A stretch of DNA of 64,000 nucleotides. Origin: a virus. Made by a program: the position numbers and the translations under genes. The DNA is taken from positions 3,661-67,660 of IMG/VR virus record IMGVR_UViG_3300027806_000042; one strand, written 5' to 3'. Below the pieces are notes generated by a model. It ran no database searches. It was not told where the DNA came from and worked only from the letters and a program-made list of their open reading frames with translations. Positions 50,017 through 60,091 of the stretch are shown one piece after another. How positions within the stretch are numbered: the stretch's first letter is position 1; every line of letters begins with the position of its first letter.

Positions 50017-50925
50017 TCAAGTGCTGCCCGGCGAACCAAAAATACCCAGCGGATCGGAGACGCCAAAGCTATAACGCTCACGAGCCTTCCAACGGATATT
50101 ACCGGTATCAAAATCACCATCCGTTTTGGTTTCCTGAGACACACGAACAAAATGCTTCATGCCATTCGGAACGTCAGTCTTGAGGAACCAACCGTTAGTA
50201 TCGGTCAGGAAGTAGTTGACCGTATAGCCTTCAGGGATGGAACCGTTGCTCTTCAGCGCGTTAATGTCGTTATCTGACGTGCTGACACGGAGTTCCGTTT
50301 CCAGCAGACGAGTAGCAATAAACTGAAGCTGAGTCGGGACAATCAGCTTACGCGGCTTGGCTGCAATAAGCAGACCGCGCTCGTCCGTCCAAAGGCTCAT
50401 CTGAATTACCGCCGCCTCAAGGGAGGTTTCATTCAAATCCGCGCCAGTCGCAGGACGGTTGCTGTTGACACCACCGCCCACAAGCGGGTGAGCCGTGTTA
50501 AACAGGGTTACACCATCACCGGACTGGTAGGTGGTGAAGCCGTTATTAAGCAGGGCAGCGGCCTTAATCTGCTTCGTGTAAGCCATAGCGCGAGCCAGGG
50601 CTTTCGTGTAGCGGATTGAGAGGCTTTCATACAGATTGTCCTCAAAGGCTTCTTCCGTAAGGGAGAAACCAAGGGCAATCGTTTCATGGTTGAAGCGGGC
50701 AATGAACGCTTCTTGCGCGTTATCATACGCAATCGGCATACCTTCGTTCTTCACGGGCGCGGCCCCGAAGCCAGAAAGTTTCACTTCTTCTTCAAAGGCT
50801 CGTTCCGAGGTTTCCACCTCGTAGATTTCCTTATGCTGTTCACCATAACGGTTATATTCCAAGCCAAACAGCTTGTTCAAACCGGGCAGCAGTTCCTTTA
50901 GAAGCTGTGCGCGAGAAATAGCCAT
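50017..50925 (-). CDS. Major capsid protein
   Basis: MAISRAQLLKELLPGLN..FGLEY, SERAFEEEV.LSGFG.A..K.EG, KARERYSFG.SD. Confidence 0.92.
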   Translation of the reverse strand: MAISRAQLLKELLPGLNKLFGLEYNRYGEQHKEIYEVETSERAFEEEVKLSGFGAAPVKNEGMPIAYDNAQEAFIARFNHETIALGFSLTEEAFEDNLYESLSIRYTKALARAMAYTKQIKAAALLNNGFTTYQSGDGVTLFNTAHPLVGGGVNSNRPATGADLNETSLEAAVIQMSLWTDERGLLIAAKPRKLIVPTQLQFIATRLLETELRVSTSDNDINALKSNGSIPEGYTVNYFLTDTNGWFLKTDVPNGMKHFVRVSQETKTDGDFDTGNIRWKARERYSFGVSDPLGIFGSPGST

Positions 50926-50938
50926 ATCTCAGCCCTCC

Positions 50939-51559
50939 TTACGACGCAGCCGTACCGGCAATGCCGGTATTACCTGAACGATGGAAGTGAGTATTGATAC
51001 GCACAACCACATCAGTAAAGGCATCGCCAATAGTTACATAATCCACAATTCGCAGCGGAAGCGTAGCAGTCGTGGCAACGCTCGAAGCCTGCAAAGCAAG
51101 ACCCGAAGCGAAATAACCAGAACCACCAGCGCGCGTTTGAATCAACGAAGCATTGCACCCAAGCGCTGTCTGACCAAGAGAACCATCAGCCTGAATCTGG
51201 AACATGGCATCAGGATCATCCACGACATAAGCCTGAATGTCCGAAGCAACCGTACCAGAAACATAGGTTTGACGGAAAATCTTACCAAACACCGGATCGG
51301 TGTAGGTGCAACCCACAAACACACCAACAAAACCAAAGCCGCCGCCCGTAGAAGTCACGGTAGTAGCAGTCGCGGTGGCGTTCATGCGGGCAATCGTGCC
51401 GCGCGTGGAGCCAGTATTAGTGATGATAACCGGATCGCCAGTTTGAATGTTCACAGCGTAGCCGGAAGGAATCGAATACAACCGAGTCGAACCAGCAAAG
51501 CCCTGCCCACCCAAAAGGTTAATGGGAACAAGCCCATATGGAGCAGATGTAAGAGCCAT
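50939..51559 (-). CDS. Capsid decoration/minor capsid protein
   Basis: PYGLVP, I.TGDPV, GVFVGC.YTD, V.DDPD..F.IQ; directly upstream of the capsid gene. Confidence 0.65.
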   Translation of the reverse strand: MALTSAPYGLVPINLLGGQGFAGSTRLYSIPSGYAVNIQTGDPVIITNTGSTRGTIARMNATATATTVTSTGGGFGFVGVFVGCTYTDPVFGKIFRQTYVSGTVASDIQAYVVDDPDAMFQIQADGSLGQTALGCNASLIQTRAGGSGYFASGLALQASSVATTATLPLRIVDYVTIGDAFTDVVVRINTHFHRSGNTGIAGTAAS

Positions 51560-51611
51560 CTACTTTTCCTTTCAGAGAAAAAATTGAGAATTGATACAGG
51601 ACCATCCCATA

Positions 51612-52052
51612 TCAACGGTTCCTCATAACGCTAGATGCTCGCTCAGGGCGAAGCAACGGCGCACGAGAATCATTCTGACTGAATAGGCTATTATCAACAC
51701 CCTCAATCTGAGAATCAGTAAGTCGTTGATAATGTGCCTGCCGCTGTTTGATAATTTCCGTTGGCGCTTTACAAAGAATAAGGTCGCCAATGACGACATT
51801 ATTTTCATACTCGCCTTTATCTGGCCGAATTTGCAACTCCGGGTGATCCTCTGCGCGTACAGGTTCATAGCCCTGACGGAATTGAGCCGAAGCGTTGATC
51901 TTGTCTGATTGACCAGCGTATCCAATACGAACCCAACGGAAAGTGTAGCCTTCTTGCGGGTTTGGATCAGGCAGAATTGAAGGAGGCGCCCATGCCTTAA
52001 TACGCTCCTGGTTTTCACGGAGGTCCATTGAACGGGGAGTGCGATCAGCCAT
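51612..52052 (-). CDS. Conserved head-module protein
   Basis: W.PPS.LP.P....GY.FRWVR, GYEPV, GDLILCK. Confidence 0.7.
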   Translation of the reverse strand: MADRTPRSMDLRENQERIKAWAPPSILPDPNPQEGYTFRWVRIGYAGQSDKINASAQFRQGYEPVRAEDHPELQIRPDKGEYENNVVIGDLILCKAPTEIIKQRQAHYQRLTDSQIEGVDNSLFSQNDSRAPLLRPERASSVMRNR

Positions 52053-52965
52053 TGGGGTTATCCTTCATGTATTGCTCAACGTATTGTTGGGGCGTGAGGC
52101 CAGCTTTGCGGATAAACCGCATGGTGGACTCAGATATACGCACTTGGCGGGTAGCATTCTTGACCGCCCGACCAGCGGGGGCCACTACCGAAGGAGCCTT
52201 AGTCGTCGCGTAACTTACCGACTCAGACTGTTTTCCGAAGTATTCCGGAAATCTTTGACGAACTCTAGCGTCAATAGTTTGATAATACTCATCCGAACGC
52301 GGGTCAACATTTTTATTTCTAAGAATGTCTGACACCCCGAAAGCATAAGCAGTCATTTCTTCTTCCAAGTCACCTTGGGCTTGGAACCAATTACTATTAG
52401 CCTCATACCACTTCTCTGCCTTTACATCAGGCTTAGGTGGCGGGGGAGGTAACTGATGGATTTGCGGCTCTGGTTCCGGCGCCCGATAACCCTTATACCG
52501 CTCATTTTCAACGACAGTCCTTTGAAGTTGCTCATTAAAATCTATGAACTTCTCGGTGTCGCCAGCCTCAAAGGCTTCCTTTGCGGCCCGCTTCAAGAGG
52601 GTAATCTGAGATTCAGACCGCCCCTTAGCCTGTTCAACCAGAGCCGTTTCCTGAGAAATCCTCAGATTCTCTAGTTGCTTGTTTTTCTCCATAAGCGTTT
52701 GGACGTACCGAACAGCCTCATCACGTTCCTTGGCTGCGGCTTCCTTGGCCCGGCGTTCAGAATGGGCCTTAAAGGACAAGTCCTTAATCCGCTTCTGAAT
52801 ATCCTTATTGTATCGAGTTACCTCATCGTCCCCGACTTTAATATCATCGTCGGAATCGGTTTGTTCAGGAGCAACAACCCGGCCTTTATCAGCCTCCGGG
52901 GTATCGTCCTCTACAATGATTTCAAATTCAGGCGCCTCGGCGTCCTTATCTTCAATGTCGCTCAT
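52045..52965 (-). CDS. Scaffolding protein
   Basis: Acidic N-terminus, QKRI..L coiled coil, W...N.WF, D.EYY..ID, terminal G.T..QY. Confidence 0.75.
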   Translation of the reverse strand: MSDIEDKDAEAPEFEIIVEDDTPEADKGRVVAPEQTDSDDDIKVGDDEVTRYNKDIQKRIKDLSFKAHSERRAKEAAAKERDEAVRYVQTLMEKNKQLENLRISQETALVEQAKGRSESQITLLKRAAKEAFEAGDTEKFIDFNEQLQRTVVENERYKGYRAPEPEPQIHQLPPPPPKPDVKAEKWYEANSNWFQAQGDLEEEMTAYAFGVSDILRNKNVDPRSDEYYQTIDARVRQRFPEYFGKQSESVSYATTKAPSVVAPAGRAVKNATRQVRISESTMRFIRKAGLTPQQYVEQYMKDNPNG

Positions 52966-53372
52966 GCGCGGTAAATCCCCCTCGGATCATCCACCACGGC
53001 CTCCACAGTGTCGTCATTCACTAGACGAAACTCCCGGCCATGAATCTTAATGCGAGAACCGGAATAGGCCCGGAATAGAACCCAATCCCCTTCCTTGCAC
53101 CAAGCGCCCGTTGGAAACTTATTCTGATCCTTATAGCAAAGGTCGCCCATCTTCAGCACGAACCCAACCACAGAAGCGGTCTGTTCACGTTCAAGCGCCT
53201 GCCCAGGAAGAATAATACCGGCTGAAGTCTTTTCCTCAAATTCCGGCAAAATAATAAGCATTTTGTAGCCTTTAGGATCAGGCAATACATTCGGCTTACC
53301 TTCAACACCTGAATCCAATTTCAAACTATTCAGGTCAATCTTCTTATAGTCCAATTCCATTACTACACCCAT
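52962..53372 (-). CDS. groES: GroES-like co-chaperonin
   Basis: P.GYKMLI, TSAGIILP, GDWVLF..YSG, LVNDD.V.AVV. Confidence 0.85.
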   Translation of the reverse strand: MGVVMELDYKKIDLNSLKLDSGVEGKPNVLPDPKGYKMLIILPEFEEKTSAGIILPGQALEREQTASVVGFVLKMGDLCYKDQNKFPTGAWCKEGDWVLFRAYSGSRIKIHGREFRLVNDDTVEAVVDDPRGIYRA

Positions 53373-53426
53373 CGCATACCAATTAAGGGCTGGTAAGCGC
53401 CCTGCATCCCACTATGGGATGAATAC

Positions 53427-53624
53427 TTAGGACTCCTGATATTTCTCAAGTAAATCAAGGAGTTCCCGTTCCGCAAGCGCCAAACCTTCAATAATCCCGG
53501 TCATGCGCTTATATTCGTCAAATGAGGGACAGCCACCACAAGCAATGTTGTCAGCCATTTCATCCATAGTTTTGCGGATTTTCTTTCGAACCGCACTAAG
53601 GATGCCATCCTCAAACTGATCCAT
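53427..53624 (-). CDS. Small head-module protein
   Basis: EYKRMTGIIEGL motif; lies between portal and GroES. Confidence 0.7.
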   Translation of the reverse strand: MDQFEDGILSAVRKKIRKTMDEMADNIACGGCPSFDEYKRMTGIIEGLALAERELLDLLEKYQES

Positions 53625-56058
53625 TTAAGTTCCTCGCAATTTCTTGACCAACCTTAAATCCAGCCAACTTAGCATCAGTCCTGTTTTTATCGGCAGTCAT
53701 ATTGTGCTTGTCGCGGTCACTAGCTGCTTTAATCCCAGCATTAACCCCGGCAATACGTTCCTGCGAGGCAATCCGCTCCCGCTCAATCTCTTGCTGCGAA
53801 GCCTTTAAGGCAGCGTCCGTGTGGTCCTTAGCGACCTTGCGCTGGACTTCCGCCGCCTTATTCTGAGCGTCCTGCATCTGCGCTTGAACCACGGGGTCCT
53901 GCATCTGCTGCTGAATCTGTTGCTGCTGCTCCTCAGCCTGATCCTTAGCCAGCAACCGGCCAGAAGCCTCAGCAACCAACTTAGACAGCATCACTTCCAC
54001 ATCTTCCGGCAATTCAGCATTAGGCTCTGGCAACTGCACCCCAAGCTGTTCTTCAATCTCACGGCGATACTGGAAGGCAATATGCTCGTTAATATGCGCC
54101 ATCATAGCAGCCTGAATACCCCCGGCCATTGGGTTCTGCCCAATCAGCGCCATAATCTTTGGGTTCTGCATGGATGACATATGAGCCTGAATATGGGCTT
54201 CATGATCCTGATAAATGAACGCCTTAACAGGCTTGCCGTTCAAAATATCCATGTTCTCTGAAATAGGGTCGGCAGGCCGTTTGTCTTTGGTCGAAGGGAT
54301 AATTTTGTCAATATCATTGATACCAAGAACAGCGAGCATCTGCCGATGAAGTTCAGGCAAATCATACATATTAGGCGCTTGTGACGCTAACTGTAGGGCT
54401 GCCTGATATTGAACCACCCGCTGCGACAATGAAGCCGCGTTAGGATCGGTAACTGGAATAACATCTATCCGGTCGTCATAATCTTTACTGCGAGTGGCGC
54501 CAGGATCAGTCTCATACTCATATTCATCGGGAGAATGGGTCTTGATAATCTCAACCAGAATATCCAACTCTTGCGCCAAGGAAGCATGAAGCCTCGCTTG
54601 GACAGCAGACATAACCTTCATGGCCCGTTCCATTAGGGCCAAAGTAGTACCTACAGGGGCTTGCTGGTTAGAATCCCCAATCTGCAAATCAGCAATAGAA
54701 GCAAACCGGCGCCCTTCTTCAACCATCGTCCCCAGCAAGGCAGAAAGCACCTGAGAAGGCTCTTTGTACGGAAGGAAGGTAATAGCGTCCTTAATGGCGC
54801 CAGAAGGAACGTCAACGTCCCTAAACTCGCCCGGCATCAAAGGCGTACTATCACCCTTAATACGCAAGCCACGGGCCTTCAAACCAGCCGGAAGATTAGC
54901 CAGCGTACCAGCATCCACCAACTGCCTAAGAATGGAGGTGGCAGACTTGGCAATACCACCAATCAAATGAATCAAACCAAAGGCATAGAAACCAAACCCA
55001 GGAACATATCCATATTGAACAAAGTGCATCCGCTTCAATTTCAACGGATCATCTTGGCGCCAGTTCCGATAGATAGAAAGAATCAAGCCACTCTGGCGGT
55101 CAATAGTGACAACATAAGGCAGGGCAATACCCGTGGGTTCCCCGTTCTTATCTTTGTCCTCATACCCCTCAATATCCAATTCAACGTGCATTTCAAGGAG
55201 TTGGTGGCGATCATCAGCATTAGCCTCAGTCTCGCCCGTCAATTCATTCTTACTCTGCTGAATTTGACTAATCTGCGTCACAGGTTCAGGCAAATCAATG
55301 TCCCGATAGAACCCTGAAACCTGCAACTTCTTCAATTCATTGGGATATTTATACATGATGTGGGTATAGCGGGGGCAGGAAACCAAATCAGAAGCCCCAT
55401 ACGGCGCCACAAAATCCTCAGCAGGAACAAACATAGCCACCGGGCGCCCAAACGAAGGGTCATAATACACCTTCTTAAACGCAGCCCCAGCCAGAGGAAG
55501 GCTAAACAGCATCCTCTCATGCTCAGAACGATACTCACTCATCCTGCTAGTGAGAAAATAATTCAAATCATCCTTAACTCGAAGCGCCTGTTTTTCCTTT
55601 TCAGGCGTAATTTTACCGGCAAACTTAGTGCGAACAGGGCCACCAGCCGGAAAAGTTTCCATAATGGACTGAGATTGGAACCGAACCGCCGCCTCAGACA
55701 GAATAGGGTGAAACACCCCACAGGCCCCAGCCCAAGGGGTAGAACGGTCCTCAATCTTCAAGCCTAAAAGGTCCAGACCACTCTTGTATGTCTTTTCCCA
55801 ATCAGCCCTAGAACGAATATCATTGTCAAAATGAGTGACTAATTCCTGTGAAATACGCCCAAGTTTACTATCATCAATATAATCAGCTAGGTTAGAACCA
55901 AATTCCGGCTCACCTTCATCCTCAAACTCTGGATTAAAGATAACAATGGCGCCACCATCTTCAGTTTCAATGGTAACGGCCTCGGGATTCACAACACCAA
56001 TAGTAACATCGGCAGGCTTCTCGCCCGGTGAATACTCCAAAGGCTTATCAATACTCAT
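53611..56058 (-). CDS. Portal protein
   Basis: 815 aa after terL; PWAGAC.V.HP, G.AFKKVY, GFGFY..G..H, LRQLVDAG.L.N. Confidence 0.92.
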   Translation of the reverse strand: MSIDKPLEYSPGEKPADVTIGVVNPEAVTIETEDGGAIVIFNPEFEDEGEPEFGSNLADYIDDSKLGRISQELVTHFDNDIRSRADWEKTYKSGLDLLGLKIEDRSTPWAGACGVFHPILSEAAVRFQSQSIMETFPAGGPVRTKFAGKITPEKEKQALRVKDDLNYFLTSRMSEYRSEHERMLFSLPLAGAAFKKVYYDPSFGRPVAMFVPAEDFVAPYGASDLVSCPRYTHIMYKYPNELKKLQVSGFYRDIDLPEPVTQISQIQQSKNELTGETEANADDRHQLLEMHVELDIEGYEDKDKNGEPTGIALPYVVTIDRQSGLILSIYRNWRQDDPLKLKRMHFVQYGYVPGFGFYAFGLIHLIGGIAKSATSILRQLVDAGTLANLPAGLKARGLRIKGDSTPLMPGEFRDVDVPSGAIKDAITFLPYKEPSQVLSALLGTMVEEGRRFASIADLQIGDSNQQAPVGTTLALMERAMKVMSAVQARLHASLAQELDILVEIIKTHSPDEYEYETDPGATRSKDYDDRIDVIPVTDPNAASLSQRVVQYQAALQLASQAPNMYDLPELHRQMLAVLGINDIDKIIPSTKDKRPADPISENMDILNGKPVKAFIYQDHEAHIQAHMSSMQNPKIMALIGQNPMAGGIQAAMMAHINEHIAFQYRREIEEQLGVQLPEPNAELPEDVEVMLSKLVAEASGRLLAKDQAEEQQQQIQQQMQDPVVQAQMQDAQNKAAEVQRKVAKDHTDAALKASQQEIERERIASQERIAGVNAGIKAASDRDKHNMTADKNRTDAKLAGFKVGQEIARNLNGSV

Positions 56059-56132
56059 TAAAACTCTCCATAAACGGGGTATGGTCCAAGTAAAACACCC
56101 CTGTCAAGCCATTTTACCACAAATACCACCAC

Positions 56133-58655
56133 CTAGTAATACTCTGCCCTAGTTTGGGGAGTATAATCATCTTCATCATCGCTGGGAAGCCTCAATAAAC
56201 CGCCCTGCCTGTACCTCATAAGAGCCATAATGACCGTATCCACATAGTCATCATGCGCCCCAACAGGAAACGACGCACACTCCTCAATCACTTCATTCGC
56301 CCAATTACCCGTTGGCGCCCAAACAACCCCTGATGCAAATATGTCAGAGATTGAATTGGCGCGCATCACCTTATCCCCGGACGCTCGGGTGGGGGTGAAC
56401 TCAGATACCATCACCCCAGCCTTCCTCAATTCATGAATCAAAGGCAAACCGGACGCTTTAGCTTCAATCAGGAAGGTATCAGGCTCCCATTCCTTATACA
56501 ATTCAATAGCCTTGGCCTTTAAGTCAGGGAACTCCAAACGATCCTTCCAGGCATCCAGCATGATAATATTAGACCCGCCCTCGCCCTCGTTCTCAAACAC
56601 CCCCCATACTGTAAAGGCCGAATAGTCGCTCCGGTTGTTCTTGGTGAAAGCGGTATCCGACGCAATGATGATATACTCACATTGGGGCATACGCTTCTTA
56701 TCCCAACGGCGCCACCACTCTCTTTTGATAATAGCCCCCTCTTCTGAGGTAGGCTTCTGTTGATATTGAGCGTTCCACTTAGAGGCAGGCAATTCAGACT
56801 TCAAAGCCTCTAGGGCGGGCTTTGACCAGAACGCAGGCCACATAGGTTCACCGGATGGGAGAATAGCAGGCAACTCAATCACCTCCCATTGGTCCCCATC
56901 ACCACGGTCAATAGAAGCCTGCACTAAGCGCCCTGTAAGGTCGCCAACACCCCATCGGGTCATAACCACCACAATAGCCGCATTAGGCTGTAGCCGCTGC
57001 CTAGGGCCAGAGGAATACCACTCATACACCTTCTCAAACACCTTCGGGTCATGAGCGGCCTGAATAGCCTCCTGCTCCGAATGTGGATCATCAATGATGA
57101 ACAAGTCAGCGCCCTTACCAGCAATGGCGCCCCCAACACCTACAGCAAAGTACGCGCCATTCGATGTAGTGTTCCACCGGCCAGAAGCAGTCGAGTCAGC
57201 CCGCAACCCAACACCAGGGAACACATCACTAAAAGCCTCGTCCTTAATTAAATTCCGAACCTTACGTCCAAAATCAACCGCCAACTCAGCCGTGTGGGTA
57301 GCCTGAATAATCTTCTTCTCAGGGTACTTACCCATAAAATAGGCAGGCAATAAATATGAAGCAAACTCTGATTTGGTGTTTAATGTTACAAGCATCCCAT
57401 GACCAACCATGAATTGCTCGTCTTTTCTTGCCACTTTGATACAAACCGTGCTGCCCGTCCTATCAAGTTTCTTGATCCTGATGAAACGGCATTTATCTGA
57501 GTGAATTGTTCTTTCTGACTTCCTTTGAAGGAATGCACAATTTTTCAAATAGAAAGACAGTCTGTAGGTTTCACCGTAGTCTTTCTCATAAATACGCGCC
57601 CGCGAAACTTGGATACTGTTCTTGACCCCTAAACTCCAAAGCAGGCGCCTCACTAAATATATGAAATCTTTACTCTTTTGCGAAAAAAAACATTGCCCAT
57701 TTTGAGACACATTTCCATCCGTGTCCATCAGGCCCTTGAGTAAATCCATGCGTTGCTTTGGGGACGACAGGAGGTAACATTCTGGAATATGTTTATTCTC
57801 AAGAACTCCTAACTCCCGCAATTTTACCTTTAAGCCTTTGATTCCAAATGACATTTTAGTTGATTGGTCCGTTGTGATGTAGCCTCTACGTTCAATTTCA
57901 GGGCGCACAATCCCTGCATCATCATCGTGCATGGTAATAATCGCTTGGGCGGATGTTCCATCCCCAAGCCAAACCCCTAAAACATATGGATCAACCAACA
58001 ACTCGGCATCTGGAAACTCAACCGCTGAAAAAGCTGGCAACGTAGCAGCACGAGGATTAAATTTCCGCTCTCCGTATACCACTTCAATGTGACCGCTTCT
58101 TAGCGTTTTAACTCTCGCGCCCTGTTCCCTGTGCCATAATTGTTCGGTTGTGTATGTGTGGTACTTTTTGGTTTTCCTCTCTAGCCTGACATTCCAACGA
58201 TGGTCCCCATCACATATAACTTCGGCGCCATCATCTGTGGTGACAGAATATAAATCCATATCATTGTAGATTTGAGACTTCCCAATAACTTCTGTTGGCT
58301 TCCCATCTGGACCAAACACAAAATCACCAACAGCCACAGACCCCATTGTTTTCCACCCGTCCGTGGTCAAAACCGGCGTGTTGATTTCAAGAGGATGACG
58401 GGGCGCCATATTGATAATAACCCGCTTGCACTCCCCACTAATCACCCGGTCAAACGTATCAGCCATAATCCTATGGTGAGGCCCCTCAATAAACCCAGGC
58501 CACATACGCTTCACAAACGGAAGAAAATTACTCTGCGCCCGCTCCTTACCCTTAGCATCCTCCAAACCCTCCAATAGCTTCAACAACTCAACCTGATCCG
58601 CAATCGGCATCGAAGATAACTTAGGCAAAATCTGGGCAATAGTGGCAGAGTCCAT
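56133..58655 (-). CDS. terL: Terminase large subunit (intein-containing)
   Basis: Walker A NMAPRH/TKSE split by the intein; Walker B IIDDPH; VMTRW; nuclease DTA...HDDYVD. Confidence 0.95.
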   Translation of the reverse strand: MDSATIAQILPKLSSMPIADQVELLKLLEGLEDAKGKERAQSNFLPFVKRMWPGFIEGPHHRIMADTFDRVISGECKRVIINMAPRHPLEINTPVLTTDGWKTMGSVAVGDFVFGPDGKPTEVIGKSQIYNDMDLYSVTTDDGAEVICDGDHRWNVRLERKTKKYHTYTTEQLWHREQGARVKTLRSGHIEVVYGERKFNPRAATLPAFSAVEFPDAELLVDPYVLGVWLGDGTSAQAIITMHDDDAGIVRPEIERRGYITTDQSTKMSFGIKGLKVKLRELGVLENKHIPECYLLSSPKQRMDLLKGLMDTDGNVSQNGQCFFSQKSKDFIYLVRRLLWSLGVKNSIQVSRARIYEKDYGETYRLSFYLKNCAFLQRKSERTIHSDKCRFIRIKKLDRTGSTVCIKVARKDEQFMVGHGMLVTLNTKSEFASYLLPAYFMGKYPEKKIIQATHTAELAVDFGRKVRNLIKDEAFSDVFPGVGLRADSTASGRWNTTSNGAYFAVGVGGAIAGKGADLFIIDDPHSEQEAIQAAHDPKVFEKVYEWYSSGPRQRLQPNAAIVVVMTRWGVGDLTGRLVQASIDRGDGDQWEVIELPAILPSGEPMWPAFWSKPALEALKSELPASKWNAQYQQKPTSEEGAIIKREWWRRWDKKRMPQCEYIIIASDTAFTKNNRSDYSAFTVWGVFENEGEGGSNIIMLDAWKDRLEFPDLKAKAIELYKEWEPDTFLIEAKASGLPLIHELRKAGVMVSEFTPTRASGDKVMRANSISDIFASGVVWAPTGNWANEVIEECASFPVGAHDDYVDTVIMALMRYRQGGLLRLPSDDEDDYTPQTRAEYY
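57378..58394 (-). mobile_element. Class 3 intein (339 aa) with LAGLIDADG homing endonuclease
   Basis: Starts PLEINTPV; block B DHRW, block F TVCIKV, block G VTLN/T; LAGLIDADG motifs LGVWLGDG and LKGLMDTDG. Confidence 0.9.
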
Positions 58656-58664
58656 AAAACACCT

Positions 58665-58697
58665 AAAAAAACCCGGCAGCCCTAAAACCACCGGGCC
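58665..58697 (-). terminator. Terminator/attenuator-like hairpin just upstream of terL
   Basis: Minus strand CCCGGTGGTTTTAGGGCTGCCGGG followed by TTTTTT. Confidence 0.5.
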
Positions 58698-58775
58698 AAG
58701 TTTGAAAGGAGACACCATGCCTAGGAGGAATAGGCACACACACAACCTATACAACCAACATACACATTTCAACCC

Positions 58776-58895
58776 CTAAAACAAAATAGCCACCAAGACA
58801 GCAATAACCCAAGCACCAACAACCGCGCCAGCCACAAAGACCGCCAGAATAAACAACATAGCAGCCATCACATCTAAAAACTGACCCGGCGTCAT
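58776..58895 (-). CDS. 39-aa hydrophobic membrane peptide
   Basis: Manual translation MTPGQFLDVMAAMLFILAVFVAGAVVGAWVIAVLVAILF; AGGGGTG upstream. Confidence 0.5.
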   Translation of the reverse strand: MTPGQFLDVMAAMLFILAVFVAGAVVGAWVIAVLVAILF

Positions 58896-59339
58896 AACCA
58901 CCCCTGATAGCAATACCGGCTATCAAAGGGGACCATAAATTGTAAGGGGGGCGGTTTCCATATACAGAAATATGAACCAAAGTCATAAAATTACAAAGGG
59001 GGTGGGGGTCCACGCAACAAATTATAACGTCACTCGGAGACGAAAGTAATAAAGTTGCGCCATACATAATAGTGATAACATATATGCACCACCAAGGCCG
59101 AAGCAGAACGGCTAACAACAACAAAATTTTTTTGATGGATAGTAATAAGTTAAAGTAAATTGGCCGGGTAATGCGTTGAGAAGATTAAGTTTATGGGATT
59201 TAGTAAAAAGATTGGTGTGGAATACTATGCATACCCACACGCATGCGTTCGCTGATTACCCCCTCCTGCCCCCCGGTGGGGCCTGGGACTGCCCGCTTCA
59301 AACCCCTACTAGCCCTGTCTGATTGGATTCTATCTAGTA

Positions 59340-59403
59340 GAACAAACCGTGAACAAACAGGCTAGAACAAAGCTAGAACGGCTAGGCAGAACGTATATAG
59401 AAC
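59340..59403. promoter_or_regulatory. Three tandem GAAC-N7-GAAC boxes (alphaproteobacterial LexA consensus, or packaging iterons)
   Basis: GAACaaaccgtGAAC at 59340, GAACaaagctaGAAC at 59365, GAACgtatataGAAC at 59389. Confidence 0.6.
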
Positions 59404-59423
59404 GCTAGACTGGCGCCATGATA

Positions 59424-60017
59424 TTATGCTGATGCCTTTGCTAGAGCTTCTAGGCGGTCCCGTAATGCCTTGGTTACGCTATCCGCATCTGGTGGCAGGC
59501 TGTTATCCTCCGCCTGTTTCTCAAAGGCAGCAACCCCACCGAGCTTGCCGAGTAGCTCTAAAGCTCTGATACGGGAAGCAGGGCTGGAATCGGGATCGAG
59601 TGACTCTATATGGAGTCTAGCGATTACATGGGCTTTTATTTGTGCTGAATTAAGCCTTTCTCCAGCCTGTTTTATGCCTTTGATTTCATCCACCCTTGCG
59701 GCTATGCGCGGGTCTGCCATTAGGCGGGATGCTTCCTGATAGATTGTTCCTGGCGCCATTGTCTCGGCATCATAGGCGACACGATAGGCAGCGGCCTGAT
59801 TAGGGTATAGGCCGGAAGCCATAGCCTGAGCGAATGCTTCTTGTTTTATGGTTAGCTTGCCTATGTCACCTTGTGGCCATGCTACTACGTTAGAGGCGCC
59901 TAGGCTTGAGTCTGGCATATATACAGGGAGCCTTAGCTTAGGCTTGTTTCCTCCCTTGTTGTTTCCTCCATTGTGCTTTGGCATCGCCTTTAATCCCGCT
60001 TGCGCGGTGTCGTTCAT
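59424..60017 (-). CDS. terS: Terminase small subunit
   Basis: LTIKQEAFAQ, AAAYRVAY, ASRLM..PRI..RV, RIRALELLGK. Confidence 0.88.
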   Translation of the reverse strand: MNDTAQAGLKAMPKHNGGNNKGGNKPKLRLPVYMPDSSLGASNVVAWPQGDIGKLTIKQEAFAQAMASGLYPNQAAAYRVAYDAETMAPGTIYQEASRLMADPRIAARVDEIKGIKQAGERLNSAQIKAHVIARLHIESLDPDSSPASRIRALELLGKLGGVAAFEKQAEDNSLPPDADSVTKALRDRLEALAKASA

Positions 60018-60091
60018 TCAACCCCGCGTCCGCCTAACCTATTGCAAAACCTATAGAATAAACAATAACGAAAAAAAGATAAAAAAACATG

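Noticed and set aside
58747-59124. 125-aa ORF and the 39-aa N-terminal extension of terL in the ORF track
   Set aside because: Cys/Val-rich translation of G/T-biased non-coding DNA that crosses a terminator-like hairpin; better starts exist at 58895 and 58655.
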